Shown one piece after another: positions 18,929-27,037 of a stretch of DNA of 28,710 nucleotides. Position numbers and translations under genes: made by a program. Each line of letters starts with the position of its first letter. Within the stretch, counting starts at the first letter, position 1. This stretch comes from a virus. Taxonomy: Duplodnaviria > Caudoviricetes. Location: positions 1 to 28,710 of IMG/VR virus record IMGVR_UViG_3300032081_000018. The stretch is one strand, 5' to 3'. The notes under the pieces were generated by a model. It did no database searches. It saw nothing but the letters and a program-made list of their open reading frames with translations, and was not told the origin of the DNA.

Positions 18929-19603
18929 TTAAACATAACCAAGTTTGGGTCGAACAAACATACTAGATCGTTCGCGGTCCTCTCGCATAGCTCTAGCTAA
19001 TGTTTCTTCATAATTAACCTTTAACATATTAATACGTTCAGAAGGAACTAAAGGTCGCTTCATGGACATATAGTAAGATAGCCCTGCTGTGAGGCAAGGA
19101 AAAAATCTTTTAGGTAAATCAGCGTTTTGCTCTGCTGACTTATTAACGTCTTGCAGTTCGCTAATTGTTTCTATTTTAAGAATGTCTGTAGAATTATCTG
19201 GAATAGGCCAAAGAGATAATGTAGGATTATCACGACCTCTACGAATAGAATACTGTGATGGTCGGCCTGTCTGTGTTTTATTGGGTATTAGTAAATACTC
19301 TTCAGGAGAAACGCGCTGTAACTGTAAGTCTGTACTATCTCTATTTAACACTACTTCAAGAGTATCAATAGTTGTAGAAGAAAGATCATAAGCAGTAGTA
19401 GAAGCCGTTACAGTTAAAGAAGATACACCAGTACTCCATAATAGTATACCACGGTTTTGCCAATCCTTCAACATAATATTTATAGAACGACGCGCAGATG
19501 CTGGCTCGTGACCGAGAGTATCTTCACCCCCAATCATTTCCATTGCTTCCTGAATAACCTCGTCAATATCAAGATTAAAATTATATGTACCCGATACAGC
19601 CAT
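18929..19603 (-). CDS. Head-tail adaptor-like protein 2 (224 aa)
   Basis: SGTYNFNLDIDEVIQEA, ARRSIN.ML.DWQNRG, TGRPSQY, LWPIPD and CLTAGLSYY motifs, plus position before the tail genes. Confidence 0.6.
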   Translation of the reverse strand: MAVSGTYNFNLDIDEVIQEAMEMIGGEDTLGHEPASARRSINIMLKDWQNRGILLWSTGVSSLTVTASTTAYDLSSTTIDTLEVVLNRDSTDLQLQRVSPEEYLLIPNKTQTGRPSQYSIRRGRDNPTLSLWPIPDNSTDILKIETISELQDVNKSAEQNADLPKRFFPCLTAGLSYYMSMKRPLVPSERINMLKVNYEETLARAMREDRERSSMFVRPKLGYV

Positions 19604-20004
19604 TATGTTTTCCTATATCTTTTAACCTTACGCGCAATACGCTTCGGTTGTTTTGAGTATTGCTTCCCCGCAGCAGTTGCTTTTCTCTTTGCTCTCGTGG
19701 TCGCAGCATATTCTTTTGACGACAGAGCCTTGATTGCTTTCTCTGGAAGATATCTTTCTCCCGTCTTCTTGCTTGGTTTCCCTGATTTCGTGCGCCATTT
19801 TTGCTTACTCCACTTTGAAAGTTTATTGCTTTTTTTCTTTTTACCTTTGTAACTGCCACCAGAATCTTTATAGTATTTAACAGCAAGCTGCATAGCTCTA
19901 GCAGAGTGTTTACCACCCATCTTGGCTTTAGCCCTAGCCTTTGCTCTAGCCCACTTAGCAGGGTCACGCTTGGTAGCTGTACCGCCTTTACGTTTTACTG
20001 CCAT
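19603..20004 (-). CDS. Highly basic protein (133 aa; DUF5872-like from recall)
   Basis: G.HSARAMQ....Y...GG.Y and LSKWSKQKWRTKSGKPS..TGERYLP motifs. About one third K/R. Confidence 0.8.
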   Translation of the reverse strand: MAVKRKGGTATKRDPAKWARAKARAKAKMGGKHSARAMQLAVKYYKDSGGSYKGKKKKSNKLSKWSKQKWRTKSGKPSKKTGERYLPEKAIKALSSKEYAATTRAKRKATAAGKQYSKQPKRIARKVKRYRKT

Positions 20005-20012
20005 CAGTAACT

Positions 20013-20165
20013 CTAAGCTTTATGTACTTTTTGAACTTCAAAGCTTGCTTTTTTGGAAGCACCTTTATGAGGAGCGTATCCACCACGAGGATTTTTCATA
20101 AGCTTAAAACCTTTACCAGACTTCATCCAGTGAAAACCTTTAGGAGCATCTACTGCCTTTTTCAT
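20013..20165 (-). CDS. 50-aa basic protein (not in ORF track)
   Basis: Translated by hand: MKKAVDAPKGFHWMKSGKGFKLMKNPRGGYAPHKGASKKASFEVQKVHKA*. AGAGG RBS upstream; fills the gap. Confidence 0.8.
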   Translation of the reverse strand: MKKAVDAPKGFHWMKSGKGFKLMKNPRGGYAPHKGASKKASFEVQKVHKA

Positions 20166-20166
20166 A

Positions 20167-20508
20167 TCAACCTCTTTTCTTTATACCACGAACATACTTC
20201 TGAGACTTAGGTGGTCTTTTTTTAGAACCGCTAGGACCAGCCCAAAAAACTTTATTAGCCCAAAAAGCTGCACTTGTTTTTCCCTTGGCAATGTTCTTAC
20301 CATGTCTAGCCTTAAAAGACTTACGTGCTTCGGGAGAATAATTATGTCCCATTTTCTGATCGCCAAAACGAATAATTTTAATACGACCTTTATCACGCAC
20401 AGCAACCACAGCTTTTTTAGTAGGATGTTGCGGTGTGCGCTTTGGTTTATTTAAGCCACTTAACTTATAGCGTTTCAGTTTATTTTTTTCTGAATCAGTT
20501 AAAGACAT
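20167..20508 (-). CDS. Highly basic protein (113 aa; DUF6321-like from recall)
   Basis: NKPKRTP.HP.K, KIIRFG and ARKSFKARH......K.SAAFWANK..W motifs. Confidence 0.8.
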   Translation of the reverse strand: MSLTDSEKNKLKRYKLSGLNKPKRTPQHPTKKAVVAVRDKGRIKIIRFGDQKMGHNYSPEARKSFKARHGKNIAKGKTSAAFWANKVFWAGPSGSKKRPPKSQKYVRGIKKRG

Positions 20509-20669
20509 TATTTTTTCCTACAATAAGTGTTCTTATATTTTTCTAGCAAATAATTACAAAGTGCTAACCAGTACTCGTCCCAATTTTTATAGTCAGTTTT
20601 TACTGGACGTTTTATATCCCAGTTTATTTCTACTTCGTAAGAAACATTATCCACCTTTAAGTTCTGCAC
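20508..20669 (-). CDS. 53-aa hypothetical protein, GTG start (not in ORF track)
   Basis: Translated by hand: MQNLKVDNVSYEVEINWDIKRPVKTDYKNWDEYWLALCNYLLEKYKNTYCRKK*. AGAGGA RBS before the GTG; TAATG-coupled to the next gene. Confidence 0.65.
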   Translation of the reverse strand: MQNLKVDNVSYEVEINWDIKRPVKTDYKNWDEYWLALCNYLLEKYKNTYCRKK

Positions 20670-21024
20670 GATGTCCTCTTAAAGCTGCACGTTTACGACC
20701 TTTAGTTTTTTTAACTTTTAATCTTCCACCTTTTTTCATCATAACCCCTGGAAGCTTAGTATAAGAAGAAGCTAGGTTGTAAGGATTAGCTGTTGATTTT
20801 TTAGGCGGCGTTCTTACTTTACCACCTAAAAGACTTTTTGTACCTAAATCTGCTAACGATGTTTTTAACTTACTTGTAGTTGGTTTTGCATATTGTAAAG
20901 GATCATCATCAGCTTTTTCTAATGCTCGTCTTAACTCTGCCATTCTAGGACTGCTTGTTTCAGTTAGTCCTGACATCCGTAACTTTCTTAATTCAGTAAT
21001 AAGTTTTTTTCTATCGATAGCCAT
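20647..21024 (-). CDS. Basic low-complexity protein (125 aa)
   Basis: K/R-rich, with MMKKGGRLK and a terminal RAALRGHRAELKGG. Confidence 0.8.
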   Translation of the reverse strand: MAIDRKKLITELRKLRMSGLTETSSPRMAELRRALEKADDDPLQYAKPTTSKLKTSLADLGTKSLLGGKVRTPPKKSTANPYNLASSYTKLPGVMMKKGGRLKVKKTKGRKRAALRGHRAELKGG

Positions 21025-21029
21025 TATAT

Positions 21030-21779
21030 TTAACCTTTACGAACAGCGCCATAACCACGAAGAGCCTTACCTACTCCAACTGCTCTAGTTTTTTTCTTTT
21101 TCTTCTTTTTCTTTTTTACAGAACCACCAGCTTTACGAATTTCAAAACCACCCATTTCCATAATTTCAGATTCGGTCGGCGCAACTTCGTCAGTGCCTCG
21201 CATCATTCGTCCTGTTACATCTGCTCCTGAAGCATACTTTCCTGTTGATTTTACTGCACCATTTTTATCAATGTATAACATTCCTGTTTCAATACCTCTT
21301 TTTAATGCTTCAGGAGAAATGTTAGTAGGAGGCAGTTCTTTAGAAAGAAGAAAAGTATTAACTCCACCTTCAACTTCTCTACCTTTTTCGACAAGAGGAT
21401 TACCAGTAGTTGTAGTTGTTCGTCTAGCATCAGGAACTTTACGACCTTCTATCTTCATTTCTCTAGCTTGTGCAGCCATTAATCTTTTAAGTTCAGCTTT
21501 TTGCGCTCTAGTTAAAGGTGGAGCATCTGAACCACGAGGGGTATCGCTTGATTTCTTTTTAGGAATAGATGGCTTACCTGCTTCTTTCCATGCTTTAAGA
21601 GTTAGTCCATGATATTTTGCAGCGGCTTTATCCGCAGCAGAAGCTTTAGGACGACCTCTTCGACTTTTACCTACAAAACGACTTCCTTTAGGAGGCTCAA
21701 TACCTCCACCACCAGTTACATTAGGATCACCTATAACAGTACCTTTAGGACGAGGAGATCTTTTAGGAAGTTTAGCCAT
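21030..21779 (-). CDS. Basic low-complexity protein (249 aa)
   Basis: K/R/G/P-rich, with IRKAGGSV, a K9 tract and a terminal GVGKALRGYGAVRKG. GGAG RBS. Confidence 0.85.
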   Translation of the reverse strand: MAKLPKRSPRPKGTVIGDPNVTGGGGIEPPKGSRFVGKSRRGRPKASAADKAAAKYHGLTLKAWKEAGKPSIPKKKSSDTPRGSDAPPLTRAQKAELKRLMAAQAREMKIEGRKVPDARRTTTTTGNPLVEKGREVEGGVNTFLLSKELPPTNISPEALKRGIETGMLYIDKNGAVKSTGKYASGADVTGRMMRGTDEVAPTESEIMEMGGFEIRKAGGSVKKKKKKKKKTRAVGVGKALRGYGAVRKG

Positions 21780-21781
21780 AC

Positions 21782-21979
21782 CTACTCTCCAGCTTTTTCC
21801 GTATAAACAACTTGTTCATCTACAGAATAATCAACTGTAACGTCCTGTGGCGGACCTTTAACATCTGGACCCTTACGTGCTGCACCATAACCCTGACCAG
21901 TAGGCTTACCATTAATTGCATCAAGGTCAGGAGGATACTTCAACAGAGTATGCGGTCCTCTTAGATAATTATTTCTCAT
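21782..21979 (-). CDS. Hypothetical protein (65 aa)
   Basis: ATGA-coupled; contains GKPTGQGYGAARKG. Confidence 0.75.
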   Translation of the reverse strand: MRNNYLRGPHTLLKYPPDLDAINGKPTGQGYGAARKGPDVKGPPQDVTVDYSVDEQVVYTEKAGE

Positions 21980-22206
21980 GCTTTTCTCCTTCTTCCTTTT
22001 GCAGCCATTGCAGAAAATTTTTTAGCACCGTACTTTTTTCTTCCAATGTATGCTGCTAAAGCTTTAGGGTTCTTAGCCCCACGTTTTTTTAATTTAGAAA
22101 CTGTTTGTTTAAATCGTTTACCAGAACCAAGCGGCGGTTTCTTTTTCTTTTTCTTTCGATCACCTTTAGTAACTTGCTGTCTAATACTAGAACGACTTGT
22201 AGCCAT
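21976..22206 (-). CDS. Protamine-like basic protein (76 aa)
   Basis: About 29 K+R against one acidic residue. LGSGKRF and ALAAYIGRKKYG motifs. Confidence 0.85.
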   Translation of the reverse strand: MATSRSSIRQQVTKGDRKKKKKKPPLGSGKRFKQTVSKLKKRGAKNPKALAAYIGRKKYGAKKFSAMAAKGRRRKA

Positions 22207-22808
22207 CAGTCATAACATGAAGATACAAGATCATCACCATCTTTAGAAGCTTTTACAACGCCACCATTTTTCATATAAACCATGCCGCCTTTTTTATACT
22301 TCATTACTTTACCGCCACCCATTTTTTTAACAGGCACCATTGGCGCACCTGATCCGCGAGTAGCACCTGTTTTAGGATTAGTAGAATCAGTAACAGGCGG
22401 TTTAGACTTTGGCTTTGCATTTTTAGTATCGCTTATTCTACCACCGTCTTTAGCATATCCCATATTATTCCGTACTTTTGTAGGAAGTTTAGCAAGACCT
22501 TTGTTATCAGCAGAAACATTTTTAAGACGGCCACCTGCCTTACGATTCATTACCTTACCGCCGCGTTTCTGCTGACGCAAAACACCTTCTGCGTCTCTTG
22601 TCGGCGCACCAATAATCTGTTTATATTCAGTTTCGCTTATATCTTTTGCCCAAATAGGACGACTTTCATAATCATCTGCATTTTTTAGTTGTTCTAATTT
22701 TTTATCTGTCATTTTTCCTGTAAGTGGTTTACCTCCACCACCAGCTACAGCGGCACTTCCTTTGGAACCACCCATTCTAGATACTTTTTTTCCTACTGAT
22801 TTAACCAT
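22206..22808 (-). CDS. Basic protein with tandem xKxGGxV motifs (200 aa)
   Basis: QKRGGKV, RKAGGRL, AKDGGRI, KMGGGKV, YKKGGMV and MKNGGVV motifs; also NKGLAKLP..VRNNMGY. Confidence 0.85.
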   Translation of the reverse strand: MVKSVGKKVSRMGGSKGSAAVAGGGGKPLTGKMTDKKLEQLKNADDYESRPIWAKDISETEYKQIIGAPTRDAEGVLRQQKRGGKVMNRKAGGRLKNVSADNKGLAKLPTKVRNNMGYAKDGGRISDTKNAKPKSKPPVTDSTNPKTGATRGSGAPMVPVKKMGGGKVMKYKKGGMVYMKNGGVVKASKDGDDLVSSCYD

Positions 22809-23503
22809 TAACTTGCTCCTTGTATAATTGTATTAGGCCCACCAGCAGGACTGCCAGCAACTTCCATATCATCTTGACGAGTTCTACGAGCCTGATTTCT
22901 AAGTGTTGTGATTGCGCTTTCATACTGCTGTTGCCAAACTGGAAGTGTATTCCAATCTTTCATATACATAGTTGCCTCTAAAAGACAACCATAAAATAAA
23001 GCATCGTAGCAATACTCACTATAATAATTTGAAGTTGTCACACTTGTACCTGTTGCAGAAGCAAGAGCTAGTGGTCGTGACGCTGTTTGTACTATACCTG
23101 ACAAAGTAGATGTAGGTGTAGGTACTACAAAAATAGAACCATTTGTTTTACGTGAATAGTATCGGGGAGTTCCCGTAGATGTAGCAATAGGCCAATAGTC
23201 TGTAGCATATTCATAAGTTCTTTGAAGTAGATTTACTTTTGAGGCAGCGGGTGTAGCAGTTACACTGACACTTGTTGTATAGTTTACATTACGAACAATA
23301 CGAACCCTGTCATTAAGTGCAACACTAGCATTAGCTGCTGTAAATGTAATAGAAGTATACTCATCTAAACCAACATCGTCTAAATCTTTGGTAAGACGTA
23401 GTTCTGTTTTTTCAATCAACTTAGAAATTTGATCCGCAAACTCTGTCGAATCATTTTCAGTTGTATTAATAATGTCGGTTTTTAGATAAGCGTAAGAAGG
23501 CAT
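22808..23503 (-). CDS. Head-tail adaptor-like protein 1 (231 aa)
   Basis: Y..LK..I...TEN...F...I..I...E.RL, TGTPRYY, PTP and ALFYGCLLEA..YMK motifs. Follows the capsid genes. Confidence 0.6.
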   Translation of the reverse strand: MPSYAYLKTDIINTTENDSTEFADQISKLIEKTELRLTKDLDDVGLDEYTSITFTAANASVALNDRVRIVRNVNYTTSVSVTATPAASKVNLLQRTYEYATDYWPIATSTGTPRYYSRKTNGSIFVVPTPTSTLSGIVQTASRPLALASATGTSVTTSNYYSEYCYDALFYGCLLEATMYMKDWNTLPVWQQQYESAITTLRNQARRTRQDDMEVAGSPAGGPNTIIQGAS

Positions 23504-23504
23504 G

Positions 23505-23864
23505 TTAGCCTACATATAGAGTAATCGTAGGAGTCATGGTGCCAGTGCCTGAGTTGGCAACACTAAGTACGCCATAAACCGCTACGCCCATATCTCCAAT
23601 ATACTGGTCATTTGAATCCGTTGCACCCACTCTGTAGCGGATGGCTGTACCCTTTGCAGTCTTGTTAGTAATTTGATTAGAACCAGTAATAACAATTTCA
23701 CCAGCAAGAGTAGCATATGTATGGATAGCCATAACACGGGTTGTCTGAGGAATAGGACCACCACCGTTTGCTCCAACAGTAAGGTTGCTGTCTACGTACC
23801 TAAACCCTGTAATAATGGCACCATCACTGCTTACGTTCTGGGCAACTTTAATATTTGTAGCCAT
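23505..23864 (-). CDS. Small beta-rich virion protein (119 aa)
   Basis: Directly after the capsid terminator, AAGGA RBS, beta-strand-like T/V/I/G composition. Confidence 0.6.
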   Translation of the reverse strand: MATNIKVAQNVSSDGAIITGFRYVDSNLTVGANGGGPIPQTTRVMAIHTYATLAGEIVITGSNQITNKTAKGTAIRYRVGATDSNDQYIGDMGVAVYGVLSVANSGTGTMTPTITLYVG

Positions 23865-23882
23865 ATTTATTTCCTTTATTAG

Positions 23883-23928
23883 AAAAAAGTAGAAAGAGAG
23901 AGCAGCATTAAGCTACTCTCCCCTTCTA
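23883..23928 (-). terminator. Rho-independent terminator after the major capsid gene
   Basis: Minus strand AGAAGGGGAGAGTAGC-TTAAT-GCTGCTCTCTCTTTCT forms a 16-bp stem with three G-U pairs, followed by ACTTTTTT. Confidence 0.88.
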
Positions 23929-23934
23929 GCTTAA

Positions 23935-24852
23935 TTAACCAGCACTACCGAACCAGCCACGCCAATCCGAAACACCGAAGCTATAACGCTCACGGGCTTT
24001 GAATCGAATGTTGCCAGTGTCGAAGTCAGGTTCCATCTTCGTCTGAAGCGGAGAACGAACAAACATCTTCGTGCCGTTCGGTGCATCCGTCTTGACAAAC
24101 CACGCATCAGTGTCGGTAAACCGACGATTGATGTAGTAGCCTTCAGGAACCATACCCAAATGACGGGTCGCGTTAATCGCGTTCGTATTCGGGTTGGCAT
24201 CTGCCGCACTCGTCTGCGTATTTCCAGGAGAGCTGAGAACACGATCTGCAATGGCCCACGAATCAACGGGAACATGCAGCGAGATCGCACTCGCACCAAT
24301 CAGAATACCGCGATCATCCTTGATCTTCTGAATAGCGGTCAGAGCAGTCTCAAGAGTGGCTTCCGAAAGATCGGCAGCACCCAGAAGATTGGACTGATTA
24401 CCATCAGAAATGGTAGGATGAGAAGCAGAGAAGAACGCAGCGCCGTCACCAATGGTATCAGTGAAACCATTGTTGTAAAGCGCAGCCGCCTTGACCTGCT
24501 TGGTATTTGCCATCGCACGAGCGAGACCGCGCGCACGAAGCTTGGCAAACGTGTCATACAGGTTGTCTTCCATTGCTTCTTCCGTAACTGCGAAAGCAAG
24601 AGCAACAGTTTCAGCCGTATAACGGGCAGTGTAACTTTCCTGTGCATCGTCATAGGAAACAGCAGCACCCTCACCCTTGGTTGGCGCAGAGCCAAACCCA
24701 GTGAATAGTACTTCTTCCTCAAACGCACGGTCAGAGTTTTCAATTTCATAAAGAGGTTCGTGTTCGTTATTAACCTCTCCATACTCCATTCCAAAAACGG
24801 CGTTCAAACCTGGAAGGAGTTCTTTTGCAATACTAGCTCTATTAATAGCCAT
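23935..24852 (-). CDS. Major capsid protein (HK97 fold, Mu gpT-like family)
   Basis: MAINRASIAKELLPGLNAVFGMEY, SDRAFEEEV, TEEAMEDNLY, DFDTGNIRFKARERYSFGVSDWRG. Strong AGGGAGG RBS, biased codons and a downstream terminator. Confidence 0.9.
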   Translation of the reverse strand: MAINRASIAKELLPGLNAVFGMEYGEVNNEHEPLYEIENSDRAFEEEVLFTGFGSAPTKGEGAAVSYDDAQESYTARYTAETVALAFAVTEEAMEDNLYDTFAKLRARGLARAMANTKQVKAAALYNNGFTDTIGDGAAFFSASHPTISDGNQSNLLGAADLSEATLETALTAIQKIKDDRGILIGASAISLHVPVDSWAIADRVLSSPGNTQTSAADANPNTNAINATRHLGMVPEGYYINRRFTDTDAWFVKTDAPNGTKMFVRSPLQTKMEPDFDTGNIRFKARERYSFGVSDWRGWFGSAG

Positions 24853-24869
24853 AATTTAGTCCTCCCTAA

Positions 24870-25484
24870 TTAAGCCGTTGAAGCCGTAGCAGTGACATAA
24901 CGATCCCGATGGGTGTTAAGCCAAACTTCGACAATTGGATAGGCATCATTGTTACCTTCGTCAGGATACTGAGCGCGACCGACAACACGAGCAGCAAGCT
25001 CGGTTTCAGCACCAGTAGCCGCAAGCAAGTAGTAGCTGGACTGACCAGTTACCGTGCTGCCTGAACTAGCAGTAGAACTGACCGTCACATTGTAGTTCCT
25101 GACAATAGCTGCTTCAGCAGCAGAAAGCGTCAAAGAACACTGAATGTAATAGGTCTGATCTGGATCAGTAATGACAAAGAATTTAATATCCGTAGCAGAA
25201 ATCCCGCCATTCCAGTAACGAGCAAACTTTTGTTCGCCATTTTCAACATACTGGCAACCCATGAAAACGCCCGAAGGCTTCAAGGTAGCAGCAATAAAGG
25301 GCGAGATCGTCGCAAAGTTCGCACCTGGAAGTACGACGGGATCGCCTGTGAAAATGTTGTTACTAGGTGATTGCGCCTGACCTGTAGAGGTAAGCGTAAT
25401 CATATCAGTGACGGCCTCATTATTGTAAGAGCCGCCCTTCTTACGAGCAGGGATAAAACCACGAAATGCTTTAGTAGTAGACAT
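24870..25484 (-). CDS. Probable capsid decoration / minor head protein (204 aa)
   Basis: AFRGFIP, NIFTGDPV, GVFMGCQY and V.TDPD..Y.IQ motifs. Immediately upstream of the capsid gene with an AAGGAG RBS. Confidence 0.6.
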   Translation of the reverse strand: MSTTKAFRGFIPARKKGGSYNNEAVTDMITLTSTGQAQSPSNNIFTGDPVVLPGANFATISPFIAATLKPSGVFMGCQYVENGEQKFARYWNGGISATDIKFFVITDPDQTYYIQCSLTLSAAEAAIVRNYNVTVSSTASSGSTVTGQSSYYLLAATGAETELAARVVGRAQYPDEGNNDAYPIVEVWLNTHRDRYVTATASTA

Positions 25485-25510
25485 GTTTCATCTCCTTGGT
25501 TATAAAAACG

Positions 25511-26002
25511 TCAACCCTGAAAATTGGGCCTACGTCCTTTTGTTACTGTAGTTTTACTATTGTTGGAAATTGGCATACGAGAATCTGAGCTATTCATTAG
25601 CTGTGCATTTACTGCATCCATCATATCATTAGCTTTATTTCGATAGAATTTCCGTTTAGCCGCTACCTTTCCTGCTGGCATCTTTGCCAACGCTAAATCC
25701 CCACGACAGACTGTGCCTTGGTAACGACCATCTTCCCTTACGAAGGATGTAATCGACATTTCAGGAACTTCATCAGGAGTTACGAAAACCCATCCCTCTT
25801 GTAGTTTCTTACCTACATTTGAGATGTCATCTGTGCCTTTGATGGAGATTCGTATCCAACGTAAAGCCATTCCTTCAGCATCAAATCGTGCTTGCACATG
25901 ATCTGGAATATCTAAAGCATTTGGCTCTTCAAAGGTGTATTCTTCTTCCTGAGTATTGTTCTCTCTAAGTTGACTACTACGTGTTTCATTTCGTGTGTTC
26001 AT
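25511..26002 (-). CDS. Conserved head-module protein (163 aa)
   Basis: P..L..P, RWIR, EGW.FV...E.PE and GDLALAKMP motifs. Between scaffold and decoration genes. Confidence 0.65.
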   Translation of the reverse strand: MNTRNETRSSQLRENNTQEEEYTFEEPNALDIPDHVQARFDAEGMALRWIRISIKGTDDISNVGKKLQEGWVFVTPDEVPEMSITSFVREDGRYQGTVCRGDLALAKMPAGKVAAKRKFYRNKANDMMDAVNAQLMNSSDSRMPISNNSKTTVTKGRRPNFQG

Positions 26003-26019
26003 AATATATCTCCGCGCTA

Positions 26020-26982
26020 CTATTTAATGGTAGTATAATCACCGTCAGCCCCATTTACTTTGAGCTTTTCGGCAGCATACTTTTCAAGTGGAATATTCCA
26101 TTTCTGGGCTAGGCGAATATCTTCTTGAGATAGCTTAACCTTTTTAGAACTGGATGAGGGTGAACGCGATCCCCCCGAAACCACTTGAGCAGGATTTGAC
26201 GAAGTTTCCTGCTTACGTTGCACATCTTCCCCAAACTGTTGAGGAAAGGACTGTTTCATGCGGTTACTGATTTCCTGATAAAACTCGTTATCATTAGGAT
26301 CGTAACCTTCATTTTTTAGTTCAGCATCGATAGCAAGTGCGGCAGCGGTCATAACATTGTTATTTCCAAACCATTCGTTTTCTGACGCCCACTGTTCTGC
26401 TTTAGGATCAGTAGCGGCTGGTCTTGGTGCAACTTGCTGTTGCTGTACGGGCTGCTTTACAGAAGCTGCCTCGTAATTACTTTTAGCACTAGAAATATTT
26501 TTTAGATCACCTTGTGCATCGTTAAGCATAATCTGAGCTTGAAGGAGCTTTTCCTTTTCACCGTTTTCAAATGCTTCCATGTATGCAGCTTGTGCTAGTT
26601 CTAGTTTATCTTTCAACTGCTTTTCAGAAGCATCAAGACTTAGTTTATTAATCTCTTGTACTTCTGAACTTTTTGTTCTGAGGTTAGTTTCTAGTTCCTC
26701 ATTTTTTTGGATGAGAGACTGAATCTGTTCGTCACGCTCTTTACGTTGACGAATCAACTGGCGAATACGTTTCTGAGCGCCAGAGGTTTCTACGCCCTCT
26801 AATTCTTTTGGCGCTTCGCCTTCTTTTGCTTTTTGGCTGGCTTCTTCTTTTCCTTCTTTTTGAGACGGAGCAGAGTTAGCAGCTTGTTCCATAGTTTCTT
26901 CAGTTTCGATTTCATATTCAACCTTACTTTCTGTCTCGACATTCGGAACTTCTACATCGTTCCATACTTCTTTATCTTCCAT
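26020..26982 (-). CDS. Capsid scaffolding protein (320 aa)
   Basis: Acidic N-terminus, QKRIRQL coiled coil, DPKAEQWA..N.WFG and terminal VKLS..D...A.K..IPLEKYA. Upstream of the capsid gene. Confidence 0.75.
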   Translation of the reverse strand: MEDKEVWNDVEVPNVETESKVEYEIETEETMEQAANSAPSQKEGKEEASQKAKEGEAPKELEGVETSGAQKRIRQLIRQRKERDEQIQSLIQKNEELETNLRTKSSEVQEINKLSLDASEKQLKDKLELAQAAYMEAFENGEKEKLLQAQIMLNDAQGDLKNISSAKSNYEAASVKQPVQQQQVAPRPAATDPKAEQWASENEWFGNNNVMTAAALAIDAELKNEGYDPNDNEFYQEISNRMKQSFPQQFGEDVQRKQETSSNPAQVVSGGSRSPSSSSKKVKLSQEDIRLAQKWNIPLEKYAAEKLKVNGADGDYTTIK

Positions 26983-27037
26983 TACATTCTCTTTCCCGTT
27001 GTTTACGAAACAAACGATTTAACGATTAAATAAATAT

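Noticed and set aside
19581-19967. Alternative-frame minus-strand ORFs (also 20181-20405, 23931-24299, 24339-24794, 14118-14513)
   Set aside because: Almost wholly nested in better-supported genes on the same strand, with no RBS and no protein-like motifs.
20647-20660. C-terminal Gly-Gly of the 125-aa protein as a ubiquitin-like conjugation end
   Set aside because: No beta-grasp-like sequence and no E1, E2 or JAB genes here. It is better explained as part of the shared terminal KG motif.
21089-21120. A_AAA_AAG slippery heptamer in the K9 tract of the 249-aa gene
   Set aside because: Expected by chance in poly-Lys codons. The zero frame already ends in the shared RGYGA motif, so no frameshift is needed.
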